DNA of 64,000 nt from Tetramitus jugosus (GCA_937625935.1 OW569357.1:372001-436000); one strand, 5' to 3'. Counted from the first letter of the stretch, positions 35,801 to 46,359 are shown. Made by a program: numbers and translations. Notes: generated by a model from the sequence alone, not told the origin.

Positions 35801-38800
35801 TGGTAACAGTCACAAAGACACCTCTTGGAGAAGACAAAGTAAACTTGAAGTAATCGTATTTGAATCTATCGGCTCTACCTCCATGAGGGACACCCTCTGT
35901 AATTTGGGCAATAGAGTATTGCTTAGTAACAGTAATTTCATACTTTGCACTTGACCATCCATAAACACCAATAAAGTATTCAGCACCTTCTCTGAATCCT
36001 GCATCAGTGTTTGAAACAGTAATAATATCAATGGCTCCACCAGCAGAATACCATTGTGCGCTATCTCTTGTTGGCTGAGCAGTATTTGTGGCAGCAACCA
36101 CATCTGGATCACCATCAATTGGTGTCAAGGTAATAGAGAACGTAGAATTGTCATCCAAATAAAATTTGAAATAGTTGTACTTGAAAAGTTCAACATCTCC
36201 AATTTGAGGCCATCCATCTTGAAGTTCCTGAATGACATCATTAGTATGAGCCATAACTGAGAACAATGCATCCCCAGATGAGCCATAGATCGCAACATAA
36301 AAGTTGACAGTAGCTCCTGGCACTTCGGATTTACGGATAGTGATGATGTCATAGCCTCCTTGTTCTCCCTTCCATTTGGCGTTAGTCTTATCAAAGTTCT
36401 CCTTGGTATCAACATATAGATCAACATCCCCAGAGAGAGGAGTCAAAGAGATGGACAAGAAACCATTATCAGGAATAGTTACAGAGAGAACCTTAAATCT
36501 AGCGTACGCAGATTTTGCGACATTACCTCTGAGAGACTTGCCCAACACTAATGCATCGGTATCACCAGTGTTGAATGCGATAGAATTGTAAGATGATGCC
36601 AAACCATAAGAATCAACAGCAACTACGTTGATAACATATCTCTTTTGGCTATCAACTTGAAGGTCATAATACAAGTTGATCGCATCTGGAGAATCAGTTG
36701 GAATCTCGGCAACCAATTGAGCCTTTCCATTTTGAACAGCACAAACAGTTTGCATATTAATTGACGCTGGGTCCTCGCTGGCTGTCAAAACTCTCTTATA
36801 CATGAAGTATCTGATTGGTTCGTGACCAGAAGCTCTTGGAATCTTAATTCTTTGATGAGTGGTAGTGATCAAGTCACCAACCTCCATCTTTGCGCTAATA
36901 GTAGGTCGACTGTCACCAAAGGTAGTAGCATAAATAGAGAACGTACTGTCAGCAATCGAAGCTTCTGTTCCAATGAAGTAGAGAGTATTTGTTACTTTCT
37001 CAACAGGAGATGACAACTTTTGTCTAAACTTGCCATCAGCGGTTGATTTGAATTCAGAGTGATCCTTGTCAGGCTTATGCTCTCTAATAGAACCATACAT
37101 CACTGGAGCGGCAACATCATCACATGATGCAAGGACTGAATGTAACTGACTGTCATTTGTTCCTGGCAAAAGAGGAATAGATGGAATTTCAAAGAAGTGT
37201 CTCTGTGCAGATTTGGTTGCGACCTTGTTTGGTTGCTCCTCAGTCAAGAAAATTGGTTCAGTCTCATCATTGATTGAAATTTGGAATCTAATATCAGCAT
37301 CCAAACTGGTCACAGTCATGTAAATGGCAGTACTGCTGGAAGCACCAGTCAATTGAACCAACAAATCATCGGTTCCTTCTGCAGCCCACTTGTGTGAAGT
37401 TGCATTTGGATAAATGTTTGGATATTGATCTACATAAATAGCAACTCTAGATGGAATGGAAGCAATCTGGTTCATATAGACAGCGTAACCATCTGCAGTG
37501 TCATAGTACGAGTACTTGAATCTCACGGATTGTCCCTTCTTAACTACACCAATCTTAGGTTCTGCCAATCTAAGGGATCCTTGAGTGTCTCTAGATGATG
37601 TATGGATATAATAATAGGAGTTCTCAACACCATACACAGCAAAGGACCATCTTCCGCTCGTTGCGTTACCAGGATTAACAGAGATAAAGTTACTTGGCCA
37701 AGTGGTGTCCTTGTAAGACGATTGAGATATGGAAGGATAGGTGTCATTGTTGTTTGCATAGAGCTCAGTATGACCAGCAATGAGTGTGACACCTGTTACG
37801 ACTGGATTCACATCATCTGGATAGATATATGAATTGTAGTAACGGTATTGACCCTTGAGAACATAGTCAATGAGAGAGTAACCATAGCTACTCAATGTTT
37901 CAGCACCAGCAGAAACACTCAAAATAAATGTAGTGTTATCACGGAATCCATAGACGCCAATGTAATACCAACCCTTGGAAGCATAAGGAATATTGAGAAA
38001 ATCGTCACCAAAACTCATCGATTTCCAACGGTAGTTGTCCCTATCTGGGTACACACTCTCCATTGACACATAGAGATCAGGGTCACTACGTTCGTAGATG
38101 GCTCTGAGATTCATTGACAATGAAGCAGGATTTGTCAAATAATACTTAAAGTGAGCATAGTCACCACGTTGCACAGTACCAGTGAGGGAAATACCATCGA
38201 AAATCTCTACAGTGGTATTTCCAAAGAAGGCAGTAATGCTGAAGTATGCATCTCTAAATCCATAGACTGCAATATAGAATTGACCAGAGAACTCTGGTGA
38301 GTGTCTTTCTGGATCATTCTTTGAGATAGTCAAAACATCAGAGGATCCAAGGGCAGAGGCCCAAACGTAGTTATGTCTCGAGACATTAGATGTGGTACCA
38401 ATGTAGAAATCAGCATCGCCACTGTACGAGTGCACAGAGATGACAACATCATGTTCGTTATTTGGGTCAGCTCGGAACCCAAAATCTCTGTATTGACCAC
38501 CCAAAATGTTGTAGGAAACTGGAACACCAGGATCAAGAACAATGAATTGCTTGGCCTGTGATGCAGTAATAGTATAGCTAGAGTCAGTAGTTGCCAACAA
38601 GGTAATGTACAACCAACCAGAAACTGGTTCATCAATATGAATCACATTTGATGTCAACACATCAGAACCAATAAACTTGGCAGAAGTAGGGTCAGGGAAT
38701 TCCTTGGTATTGGAGGCATAGAGTTGAAGACTACCACCAGCATTGCTTGGTGTAGCAGTAATCTCCATATATTTAGCATGCTCACCAGGTTTCAATTGAT

Positions 38801-39941
38801 AGTATGCCTTGAAGTAAACAGACTTTCCTGCTGGGGAAACACCGCTTATTGGATTACCACTCGTGATCACATCAGAGACACCGGACAACTCAACAGTAAT
38901 GGAAACATCAACGTTGAAAATGCTGTCATCGTACACAGCAATATAGTAATAACCATTGGAAGTATAGGTGGCATCACCCTTAGTAATGGAGATTTCCTCG
39001 GCTCTGAACGCTGTCTCTCCCTTCCACTCACTGCTGTTGGCAGAAGGTCTCTCATGAACAGTAGAGACAAAGAGAGATGGATCACCGGCGTACGTCTTCT
39101 TTTGGACCTTAATCTTGAGATCAGTCTCATAGGTCAACTTGAACTTGAAGTATTGGGTAGAACCTGCTGGAATGGTTTCAAACATTGGAACACCAGCAGC
39201 CAACAATCCAATTGTGTTTGCATCCTTAATCTCTAGATTGAAATAGGAAGAAGTACCGAATCCATACACAGCAATGTAGTAAGTGGCTGGTTCACCTGCA
39301 GGTACACTCAACAAATCTGTGCCAACACCACTCTTCTTCATTGTATAATTGGTTCTGCTTGGAAACTCTGCGACATTGCTGACGTAGAGATCAGGGTCAC
39401 CATAGATGGATGTAGTAGTAATAGTGAATGCACTTCCAGAGGAAGCATACTTAAAGTATGTGTATTGTCTCCATTCGACATGAGAAGTCTGAGGAAGGCC
39501 ATCATTCACAGTAATGTGCATATCAGTCTTGAATGCAACAATACTGTAATGGGCATTGTGTCTGCTTGCATAAACACCAACGTAATAAGGTCCAGTGATG
39601 AATGCACCAGACATGGTAGAGTTCAATGCAATGAGATCATCACCACGGGTAGAACTTGAGAGATCATAACCAGTTTCTGGTCCAGGGGATGTGTTGGAAA
39701 CACTGAGATACACGTCAGCATCACCGCTGATGGAGGTCAAAGAAATTATCAATCGAACATCGTCAGCCAATGGTGATGCCATTTGAGGGATGGTAAAATA
39801 CTGTGGGTGGCCTTGAGCTATATCATTGAATTTAGCTTGACCCAATGTGAGGTCACCTTGTTGTTGTGCAAAGCACACAGACAACAATAGGAGTAGTAAT
39901 GCAACTGATAGAACCAGTGCACTAGAGAACCGCTTGTTCAT
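32886..39941 (-). CDS. 2351-aa type I membrane protein of tandem PPC-like beta-sandwich repeats with an M6PR/Atg27-like cytoplasmic tail
   Basis: Signal peptide; repeated GDPDLYVS/GDADxY..P..YYIxVYG units; TM followed by YNLIKGNQNGVNVFPQYYIWSEIPGLILDG; YSVF and terminal YGAI sorting motifs. Confidence 0.85.
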   Translation of the reverse strand: MNKRFSSALVLSVALLLLLLSVCFAQQQGDLTLGQAKFNDIAQGHPQYFTIPQMASPLADDVRLIISLTSISGDADVYLSVSNTSPGPETGYDLSSSTRGDDLIALNSTMSGAFITGPYYVGVYASRHNAHYSIVAFKTDMHITVNDGLPQTSHVEWRQYTYFKYASSGSAFTITTTSIYGDPDLYVSNVAEFPSRTNYTMKKSGVGTDLLSVPAGEPATYYIAVYGFGTSSYFNLEIKDANTIGLLAAGVPMFETIPAGSTQYFKFKLTYETDLKIKVQKKTYAGDPSLFVSTVHERPSANSSEWKGETAFRAEEISITKGDATYTSNGYYYIAVYDDSIFNVDVSITVELSGVSDVITSGNPISGVSPAGKSVYFKAYYQLKPGEHAKYMEITATPSNAGGSLQLYASNTKEFPDPTSAKFIGSDVLTSNVIHIDEPVSGWLYITLLATTDSSYTITASQAKQFIVLDPGVPVSYNILGGQYRDFGFRADPNNEHDVVISVHSYSGDADFYIGTTSNVSRHNYVWASALGSSDVLTISKNDPERHSPEFSGQFYIAVYGFRDAYFSITAFFGNTTVEIFDGISLTGTVQRGDYAHFKYYLTNPASLSMNLRAIYERSDPDLYVSMESVYPDRDNYRWKSMSFGDDFLNIPYASKGWYYIGVYGFRDNTTFILSVSAGAETLSSYGYSLIDYVLKGQYRYYNSYIYPDDVNPVVTGVTLIAGHTELYANNNDTYPSISQSSYKDTTWPSNFISVNPGNATSGRWSFAVYGVENSYYYIHTSSRDTQGSLRLAEPKIGVVKKGQSVRFKYSYYDTADGYAVYMNQIASIPSRVAIYVDQYPNIYPNATSHKWAAEGTDDLLVQLTGASSSTAIYMTVTSLDADIRFQISINDETEPIFLTEEQPNKVATKSAQRHFFEIPSIPLLPGTNDSQLHSVLASCDDVAAPVMYGSIREHKPDKDHSEFKSTADGKFRQKLSSPVEKVTNTLYFIGTEASIADSTFSIYATTFGDSRPTISAKMEVGDLITTTHQRIKIPRASGHEPIRYFMYKRVLTASEDPASINMQTVCAVQNGKAQLVAEIPTDSPDAINLYYDLQVDSQKRYVINVVAVDSYGLASSYNSIAFNTGDTDALVLGKSLRGNVAKSAYARFKVLSVTIPDNGFLSISLTPLSGDVDLYVDTKENFDKTNAKWKGEQGGYDIITIRKSEVPGATVNFYVAIYGSSGDALFSVMAHTNDVIQELQDGWPQIGDVELFKYNYFKFYLDDNSTFSITLTPIDGDPDVVAATNTAQPTRDSAQWYSAGGAIDIITVSNTDAGFREGAEYFIGVYGWSSAKYEITVTKQYSIAQITEGVPHGGRADRFKYDYFKFTLSSPRGVFVTVTSLLDGADPDIYISTTNERPSISSYQWKRDQTGGVDTIYIAQNDPQWKQGTYYIAVRAWRVDATFQVIARSEDSSYLLTDGASQSFTPVLGGYATFKFFYGFNKNILTFSVTSDLEGAVELYGSRSSSKPTREKHDYVGQVQGAQQYITIDQGSPIQWYFVSVYGVANCTYTISATTNQRPIVLNDGQISDNNYVESNAYVYFTFDFDSSQHRDITISTLVEFGDPDLYVSTNITRPTKESHTWKKRDARSDTLTIQASEIPAVASRLYIGAYGYIASRFSIVTFSTNETVELMDATPALGYVDKNEYKQYKYEMTNKGRLKFSLNIMASLFGDADIYVSRHPNPNEGNYEYKGDSFGSDIVEFEAEARWYYISVRGPKNGAGVSYSLQANTLYETIEVGSYVRDNGRNNNARFYRVSISSLAEHVLTSVTLINGRTELYINTNGTEVSRNKYTFAARDFPGNVIYVHKTDSKFVPGVWSIAVYSQQESDYFVSVQTREGTLFSGIPRLGYVDPSSARRSTVIYQYKVGWDLPKLTINARPFGDSSASSCLVIYGSQTTATPTDTDHKWRSQSQASFGNQLMMIIDSGLNEGKNLYLAVQSCDGGAVKYEISINSEDGIAYLTQNYPSLFTPTNAEYTILAPRLSNVLYIKVDSCDAVPMDSQQLSASKRRNNTINPEYIGSVETDNPFTSLIDAKAIDHTKSELLYVHLKQLKQPLPLFMSIFTTTTSRDLRPKTGIITAKSAGTTTVDKVKKIQFDLSMDQLVEGQTARIFMIEADKSLWDSKNPDAILKKYNMFTTCGIRMNQNVVVAGKTTGKENSVRITIDLERVYIVNAIVYDPQSQIEWAYTPVVINRGQVVVRSLKFSVGALFIMLALTAIVAYLIVGISYNLIKGNQNGVNVFPQYYIWSEIPGLILDGIKFIVYCGRTSTSYSVFEDEGYGETESDPNPFTISNANRPRAQQSTGESGYGAI

Positions 39942-40339
39942 GACGAAGAGTTTTCAATAATTTGTGAAGTGGATCAGAATAAATAAATCTATGTGTGTAA
40001 GAAACTTCTCCAATGTTCTTTTTTGATTGCACACGATGGTTGTTGTTGACTTCTTTTGTTGCTTGAAAAAGAATTGGTGTGTTTGTTTTTTTGGAGGGAA
40101 CAGGAAATCACTTTGGAAAAATCGTGTTGCACGAGGGGCAAGGTGCGAGATGGAAGGATCTATTGTTCCGTCTAGTTTACAAATAAAGTGCCAGGATTCA
40201 ATTCCCTTGATTTCACAAAGAGTAGTGGACAACAGCACCAACGACAGAATGCTGAAAGAAGAAACGTGATAAAAAACGAGAAAATTTTTAATTTTGAATC
40301 CGTTTATTGTTCGGGATGCAAGAGAAAATTTGATAGAAT

Positions 40340-40733
40340 TTAATCCTTTCTCTGTTGTTGCGAAGAATGAAAGTATTAGAAAATATTCAATGAAGCAAGT
40401 ACAAAATGAAAATTCAACACATACTGGCTTAGGTCTTGCTGGAGGCTCTCTGATCTTTCTACCAACACGAGATCTAACTCTGACGATTCTTCCGTGAATA
40501 GCGCAAGCGACGCAGTAGTTCATCTTTTGATACATCTTTGGCAATGGGTAGTTTTTGTATGCAGATGCTTCATTGATATCTCTTTGAGCTGCTTGTTCAA
40601 TCATTGGTCTAATCAAGAACTTTCTGATTGCCTTATCCTTGGCAACACAACGTCCACAGTTGTCACATCTGACAGACTTGACGTGGCCTCTGTTCATCAG
40701 AGCTCTACCATTGTTTCTTCTCTTGCTGGTCAT
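40340..40733 (-). CDS. RPS26: 40S ribosomal protein eS26; intron 40352-40424
   Basis: [50 protein letters not shown]; a GT-AG intron yields the terminal RKD*. Confidence 0.97.
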
Positions 40734-41431
40734 GTTTTGCGAATTATACTTTTTGACTATGGTGTTTTGTTTTTTTAATTTTTGTTTGGGCAAAATTTTC
40801 AGTTGACGAATGCGGGTTGACCGACATTCAACGACAAGATTGAATGTGTCGAATGTTGAACAGAAAAGCTGATCCACTCAATCAATCTCATCATGTCATG
40901 GTCGGTATCAATAAAGAGTACCCTTATCAGATCCTTGGCCCCATTATCAGTCATTGAGATGATTCATCAGTGTTATGAATGGAATTGAGAAAGTTGCTCG
41001 CTTGAACCTTCATTCTATCCTATTTTCACGACGGAATGTTCGTCGCTTGGAAACCCGGTCTTCAGGCCAGGAGAAACACTACGGAATTTGCGAGACACCA
41101 AAAGTTCCTGAATGCATCACCCTTCTCCCAAAAAGCCCTATGTCCACCAACAACCTAACTTCCGAAACAAGCCTCCATCAAAAAGCTTGACAAAATTCGC
41201 TCCCGGGTTTTCCACCAAACCACTAAAACCACCAAACACCTACGCAATCCCTCAACCCTACACCTTTCCATTGCCCTCCTTGTTCTCTCTCGTAGTCTTT
41301 GCTATCCATCCTCTCTTGTCAGTCATCATCAGACCCCCTCTTCCAACAGACACACACCAAAAAAAAAAAGCTCTCAAAATAAAACAGCAGCAACCAATCA
41401 AGCAAAAAAAAAACCCCAGCAAAGTACACAC

Positions 41432-42094
41432 ATGTTGATCGAAGACATTACTCACTTGGATGAAGATCATCCTGCTTTCCAGGGCCTTCCTAACCTCTCT
41501 TCTTCTGAAGATCATCTCTCACCACCAGCTTCTCCCTCTCCTCAACGACAACAACAGCAACCTTATTACGCTCATCAACACACGTATTCTCAGCCATCAT
41601 CATCATCATTTTCTTCCTCTCCTTCAGGATCGTCATCGGCATGTTGGACAAATTTCAAAGATTCGACCAACACTCCCACTTTTGGTACATCCTACCATCA
41701 TTATCATCATCAGCATCAAGCTCATCACATGAATGGTAATCTGATGGGCAACACTTGTGCAATGTCACCACCTCATCATTCATTTTCATCGGATGAAGAT
41801 GACGATGATCAGCGAATGATGTACATGGACAGTAGTGATGACGGTGTTGCTGTTGGTGGTGATCATATGATGACGAATGAGATTCCCTATTTTTATCGTA
41901 TGAATCACAGCACTTTCAATTGTCATGATAATAGTAATAGTAGTAGCAGCACTAGTAATAGTAACAGCAATTATACGACGAGTGGCGGTCAAAAGAAGAG
42001 AAAGAGAAGCACATGTACAGTGTCGCCAACTTCTTCTTCGTCATCTCCAATCAGTGATGACATGATGGATCGAATCAAGAGATTAAAAACGTGA
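41432..42094 (+). CDS. Low-complexity hypothetical protein (220 aa) with C-terminal basic NLS-like motifs
   Basis: ATG ORF after an A/CAA-rich leader; poly-S/H/Q/D tracts typical of coding DNA here; KKRKR and RIKRLK motifs. Confidence 0.6.
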   Translation: MLIEDITHLDEDHPAFQGLPNLSSSEDHLSPPASPSPQRQQQQPYYAHQHTYSQPSSSSFSSSPSGSSSACWTNFKDSTNTPTFGTSYHHYHHQHQAHHMNGNLMGNTCAMSPPHHSFSSDEDDDDQRMMYMDSSDDGVAVGGDHMMTNEIPYFYRMNHSTFNCHDNSNSSSSTSNSNSNYTTSGGQKKRKRSTCTVSPTSSSSSPISDDMMDRIKRLKT

Positions 42095-42584
42095 AGAATA
42101 ACAACAACAACAACAATGGGATGATCATCAATTGATAAGACGAAATGATATGAGATGATGACTACAATTGTATGTGTGTGTGGACAATGGATTGAAATGT
42201 GAGCATCATATTTGAACACCACAAAGAAGCAACAAGAAACGATATCAGTGGTGTCGACGAGGAACAACTGGCGAAATCAGATTCTTTTGCATCAATTCAA
42301 CAAGGATCGAGTTTGAACAATGCCCAGTTTTTTTGTCAATATTGGATGATAAGAAACTCACCCGAACAGTAACCAAGGTGTCGAGTTTCTTTTAACAACG
42401 ATAAAAACACAGCTTGCACGTTGTTTATCATACGGTACGTGTAAAGAGCAATGATTGCATTGCCTTACATGAGAGAAAACAATTGCGCGCAGACACGGAC
42501 ACAGATTTTATGAATATGAATTCGTATCATGCTGTCGGTCCAAAATAAAAGGTGCAATCAAAATTAAGAAAACAAAGTGTTTTT

Positions 42585-45500
42585 TCATTCTCGATCAACT
42601 CGAGTGACAAATAGATGGTTATCCACTTTTTCTTCGGCTCTCAGAGGTTCAATCTTGATGGTGTGAAGTGGTTGTTTACCTCCCAATTGACCAGTAGATC
42701 GATCAAATATGTAAAAATGATCTGGATTGCGTTTCCTGGGTACTTTTCGAATTGGATAGGTGGATTGACCAAGTTTTGGGTCTATGATTCCGGCTCTATT
42801 GTCATTGACGAAATCTCTTCGTCGTTGAAGTGCAGGATTCCGGGATCGAAGGTACTTGCCTGAGATTCTTGTGTCGATCGTTTTATCAGCACACTGGGAC
42901 CATGATAGTGCTTGAATACAGAATACATATTCTGACTCTGTGTGTTCCACACTGTTCATTGACTCTGTGGGGAATGGAAAGATTTTCTTTTGGTGAGACA
43001 GTATTTTAGCTCGTACAATGGTTCCAGAGACTTGGTTCGCTAAATTATTAGGTGGTAGATCCTTGTAATATGGAGGAAAGATTAAGACCATGTATCCAGA
43101 GAGATTTGGAATGTATGACCATATGAGCTGCTCTACCAAGTCTGATTTTCGAAGGTCTGGATAGTCCCATTTGAGAGTTTGATAAGTCTGTGCTATGCGT
43201 TCCTCAGTTCCTTCGACTAAAAGTGAACTCAGGGAGTGAAGAAATGGAGGTGGATCTCTAATTGGGATACCAGTAATGGTCACAGTGCAGCCCAGAAAAT
43301 CCGAGTAATCCTCCACAACATTAATAGTAGTCTTTTTGGGTGGTGGGGCTAGAGTTTTCAACCTTTCTTCCTCTTGTATTCGAAGCTGTCGAATCCTTGC
43401 TTCTCTTCGTTCCTCTATCTCCGAGTAGTCACTTTCGATGAGAGTAGCATCCGAGAAGTGAGTTTTCAGATCTTCCAGCATTGGAGCAGTGGGGATGAAT
43501 CTGTTTTCCATGACTGTTTTCATGTGGTCCACAGATAGGGTGCTTAATAGTTTGACAGCGGCCACATACCAATCTCGATTTCTTTTCAATTTGTAGATGT
43601 TATCCTCCAGGACAATGTCGTTCAGAGCCTTCGTTAGTCGAATACGGAATATGAGGTTCTTTGGTTCTGTAAGTTCCGGTGTTGGTAACACAGGGCTTTC
43701 AGAGCGACTCTTTCCTCTCTTAATACTCTCTTCTGACTTTGATTTCTTAAGTTGTGCAGGGGTAATTGGATCGATAAACTGTCTGACCCGACTGGAGCAG
43801 TAATACTGGGTTGGGTCATATATTATCTTTGTTACATGCTCTTCGGGTATACGCGAGTTCATGTACTCTATGATATGTTTTGATCCAGTTTCGTTCGATT
43901 CTATCAAGAATATTCTGTGCACGCCATCACATACTTCTACACAGCAAAAGATAGAGAAGGGTGACCAAACAACTTGAGAGGTTTCTGTCAAAGTCGCTCG
44001 ACTAGCCGACCTTGAAGTAGGTCTCGAGGAAGAGGGACTCGTTGATCGACGGGCAGAAAGTTGTTTCGATCTACTTGATTTTGGTCGTCCTTGGGTTTGA
44101 TCAATCTGTTCTGGATCGACATGTGGTGCATACGTCCGGAAACAATTCTCAATGATTTCGACAAGTTCGATGTTCTCATAGTCTGTAATCATTACGATGG
44201 GATAGATACGCTTATCATGTTCGATTGGAGGAAAGGAGTTACTCATTTCAATCACTAGCTTTACTTCGGTCAAGCATTCCTCATACCTTCCTCTGGGGAT
44301 GACCACAGGAGCAATGGGAGGTGATTCAATCTCTGCTATTTCCTCTTTTGGACGAGCACTACCCTTTCTTTTGCTTGAGGTTGATTTAGATGGTGTCTTT
44401 TTCTTAACTGTTTCGGTACTAACTGGAATGGGTACTTCTATCTCGTCTTGGTACACTGAAGACACAAGAGAGACTGACTTTGTATCTTCATTTAATAGAG
44501 AGTTTAACCAGAAGTCAGCTCGACCAACATAGACTGTTTGATTCCAAACTTTCGGATCTCGATCATGTATGATCAGTGATATTGGCTCTGTTTCTAATAC
44601 GTTCCGGTATCTGTCTACATCGTCAATATATAAAAGCGTGGAGAAGTCGATGGCGATATCTTTTGCGTGGGCCTGCTGTTCTGTCAAAAGAGAATTCCCA
44701 AGAAATTCACAGGTTAAGAAGAATGACTTGCAATGCTCTGGTAACCATGATTCATTCGGTAGATTCTTAATCCAGGGAATTCGTACTGACATTGGGAACA
44801 ATTTCTTTTGCACTGAGAGATCGACCAAGGGTTGGTCCAGGGAGTATCGGACGCGAAGTGTGCTAAATAGAGAGTGAGAGTTGTATGTTCTTGCTGCACT
44901 CCCTTTTCCAATCAAAATATTAAGCAAGGGAATCGGCTCGAATGTTCCCAGAATTTCAATCGAATCAATATCAATCTTCATGTCATTCGCTATCGCTTTC
45001 CTTAATTCCAAATGAGGTTCAGTTTGACCAGCTTGTGAGGGAGTACTTGATGTCTTTGCTGAAGTGGACTTTTTCTTTAAAACGTTGGGAGAGTTCGATA
45101 GTGGTACTACACTCCTATACTTGGCAAGGAATGGCTGAAACATTTTTGATTGAAAGAGTTTGATATCGGATGTGCTGGTGATTGCCACTCTATGCTGAGT
45201 TACCACCCGAAACTTGTTCGATACCACTTGCACATACTTGAGAGGGTTCGGCTCTTTTGCATCAGTATTCAAGTAACAGAAGAGATATGAGGTGCTCCAC
45301 AGAGTTTCGCTCAATATTTCCTCTTCTTGCTTCTTGAGCTCTATCAAGTCCAATTCTCTTTGTTTTTCTTCCTCTTGTCTTTTCTGAAGCTCTATCTGTT
45401 CTTGTGCGAGTTCTTCTGCCGTTGCATCACTGTTCACTTGATTCTTTCGAGACGAAGACGAAGAAGGCGATTTCTTTCCTTTGGATGAGGGTCTCTTGAT

Positions 45501-45734
45501 GGACGAGGAAGGAGTTTTCTTTCTCTCTTTTGCAAGTAAGGCTTCTTGCTCCTCTCTTTGTTGCTTGGCTAAGAGGGTATTGTTCCTTCGTTTGATAGCA
45601 TCCAACTCGGCCTTCCTCACAGAATTAAAATCAAAATTCAACAAACCAGTGAACTCAACCGTGGCTAGACAATGATAATCTTTGATTGCTATTGGTGGTT
45701 GTAGCTGAGGTGTCTCCTTTTCTTTGCTGGACAT
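42585..45734 (-). CDS. CFAP92-like C2-domain ciliary protein (1049 aa)
   Basis: LFPMSVRIPWIKNLP and PISLIIHDRD..YVGRADFWLNSLL recall the CFAP92/KIAA1257 C2 region; K/S-rich linkers. Confidence 0.55.
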   Translation of the reverse strand: MSSKEKETPQLQPPIAIKDYHCLATVEFTGLLNFDFNSVRKAELDAIKRRNNTLLAKQQREEQEALLAKERKKTPSSSIKRPSSKGKKSPSSSSSRKNQVNSDATAEELAQEQIELQKRQEEEKQRELDLIELKKQEEEILSETLWSTSYLFCYLNTDAKEPNPLKYVQVVSNKFRVVTQHRVAITSTSDIKLFQSKMFQPFLAKYRSVVPLSNSPNVLKKKSTSAKTSSTPSQAGQTEPHLELRKAIANDMKIDIDSIEILGTFEPIPLLNILIGKGSAARTYNSHSLFSTLRVRYSLDQPLVDLSVQKKLFPMSVRIPWIKNLPNESWLPEHCKSFFLTCEFLGNSLLTEQQAHAKDIAIDFSTLLYIDDVDRYRNVLETEPISLIIHDRDPKVWNQTVYVGRADFWLNSLLNEDTKSVSLVSSVYQDEIEVPIPVSTETVKKKTPSKSTSSKRKGSARPKEEIAEIESPPIAPVVIPRGRYEECLTEVKLVIEMSNSFPPIEHDKRIYPIVMITDYENIELVEIIENCFRTYAPHVDPEQIDQTQGRPKSSRSKQLSARRSTSPSSSRPTSRSASRATLTETSQVVWSPFSIFCCVEVCDGVHRIFLIESNETGSKHIIEYMNSRIPEEHVTKIIYDPTQYYCSSRVRQFIDPITPAQLKKSKSEESIKRGKSRSESPVLPTPELTEPKNLIFRIRLTKALNDIVLEDNIYKLKRNRDWYVAAVKLLSTLSVDHMKTVMENRFIPTAPMLEDLKTHFSDATLIESDYSEIEERREARIRQLRIQEEERLKTLAPPPKKTTINVVEDYSDFLGCTVTITGIPIRDPPPFLHSLSSLLVEGTEERIAQTYQTLKWDYPDLRKSDLVEQLIWSYIPNLSGYMVLIFPPYYKDLPPNNLANQVSGTIVRAKILSHQKKIFPFPTESMNSVEHTESEYVFCIQALSWSQCADKTIDTRISGKYLRSRNPALQRRRDFVNDNRAGIIDPKLGQSTYPIRKVPRKRNPDHFYIFDRSTGQLGGKQPLHTIKIEPLRAEEKVDNHLFVTRVDRE

Positions 45735-45870
45735 GAATGAACAATTTTGTTAGGTTCAGTAACACCTTCAAGCAACTTCACACTGTAGATTTCGAACGAC
45801 ACAAACTGGAAGAAATGTCCGAAGCACTGTGCTAAACACAAGTGACACAAATAACAGAAAAACACAAAAA

Positions 45871-46150
45871 CGATGGTTCTACATTTCCTACCACAACCAT
45901 ATGCCTCAGGCTCAGTTCAGCTATCTGGTACTCATCAACAGCACCCGCTTTGATCTGCTCTTTGAAGCAAGCCTCGACCGGTTCACAGATTATTATCAAC
46001 CTAGTGACGAATGCTTACGCATAGGACACTATATTGACTGCCAATCGTCCCAGACTGATCATCAACACCATATTGCCATACAGCCTATGATAGTACGTGC
46101 AGTTCCATCGCCCATCGCTGTCCTTGCGGATAACAGGTTTGCACCCCAGC
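45871..46150 (-). ncRNA. Signal recognition particle RNA (7SL), protozoan type, about 280 nt
   Basis: Minus strand reads GGCAGTCAATATAGTG..ATGC-GTAA-GCAT..CACTAGGTTG..GTGAACCGGTCGAGG-CTT-GCTTCA-AAG-AGCAGATCAAAGC, co-linear with the conserved S-domain helices 6 and 8. 5' Alu part has a UGUUA motif; CGATGG pairs with terminal CCATCG; TTTTT terminator at 45866-45870. Confidence 0.92.
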
Positions 46151-46359
46151 TTATCCACCAAGTCATTCATTCTTGTTTTTGTTTGTCGAATATTTCGGGA
46201 ACGGCAAAAAAATGTGGTTTGAGCTGTTCGAATTTGGGATTGGAACGAGAACAGGAACACGGAGAACTTATCAGACCACGTGGTCCTCACTTTATCTGGA
46301 TCTGCAAAGCTTTGTTTACGCTTCTATTGAGCTCAATAACAAGAAAACAAACAACAATA

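Noticed and set aside
39954-40877. 307-aa extended RPS26 ORF
   Set aside because: Chance read-through of the leader and intron; splicing 40352-40424 gives a normal-length eS26.
46210-46240. Trypanosome-style divergent A/B-box promoter for the SRP RNA (GTTCGAATT)
   Set aside because: The B-box lacks the conserved terminal C, there is no properly spaced A-box and no tRNA fold.
45829-46359. 177-aa N-terminal extension of the SPFH ORF
   Set aside because: Begins at a non-ATG codon and overlies the SRP RNA gene on the opposite strand; the ATG at 46360 has the typical CAA-rich leader.
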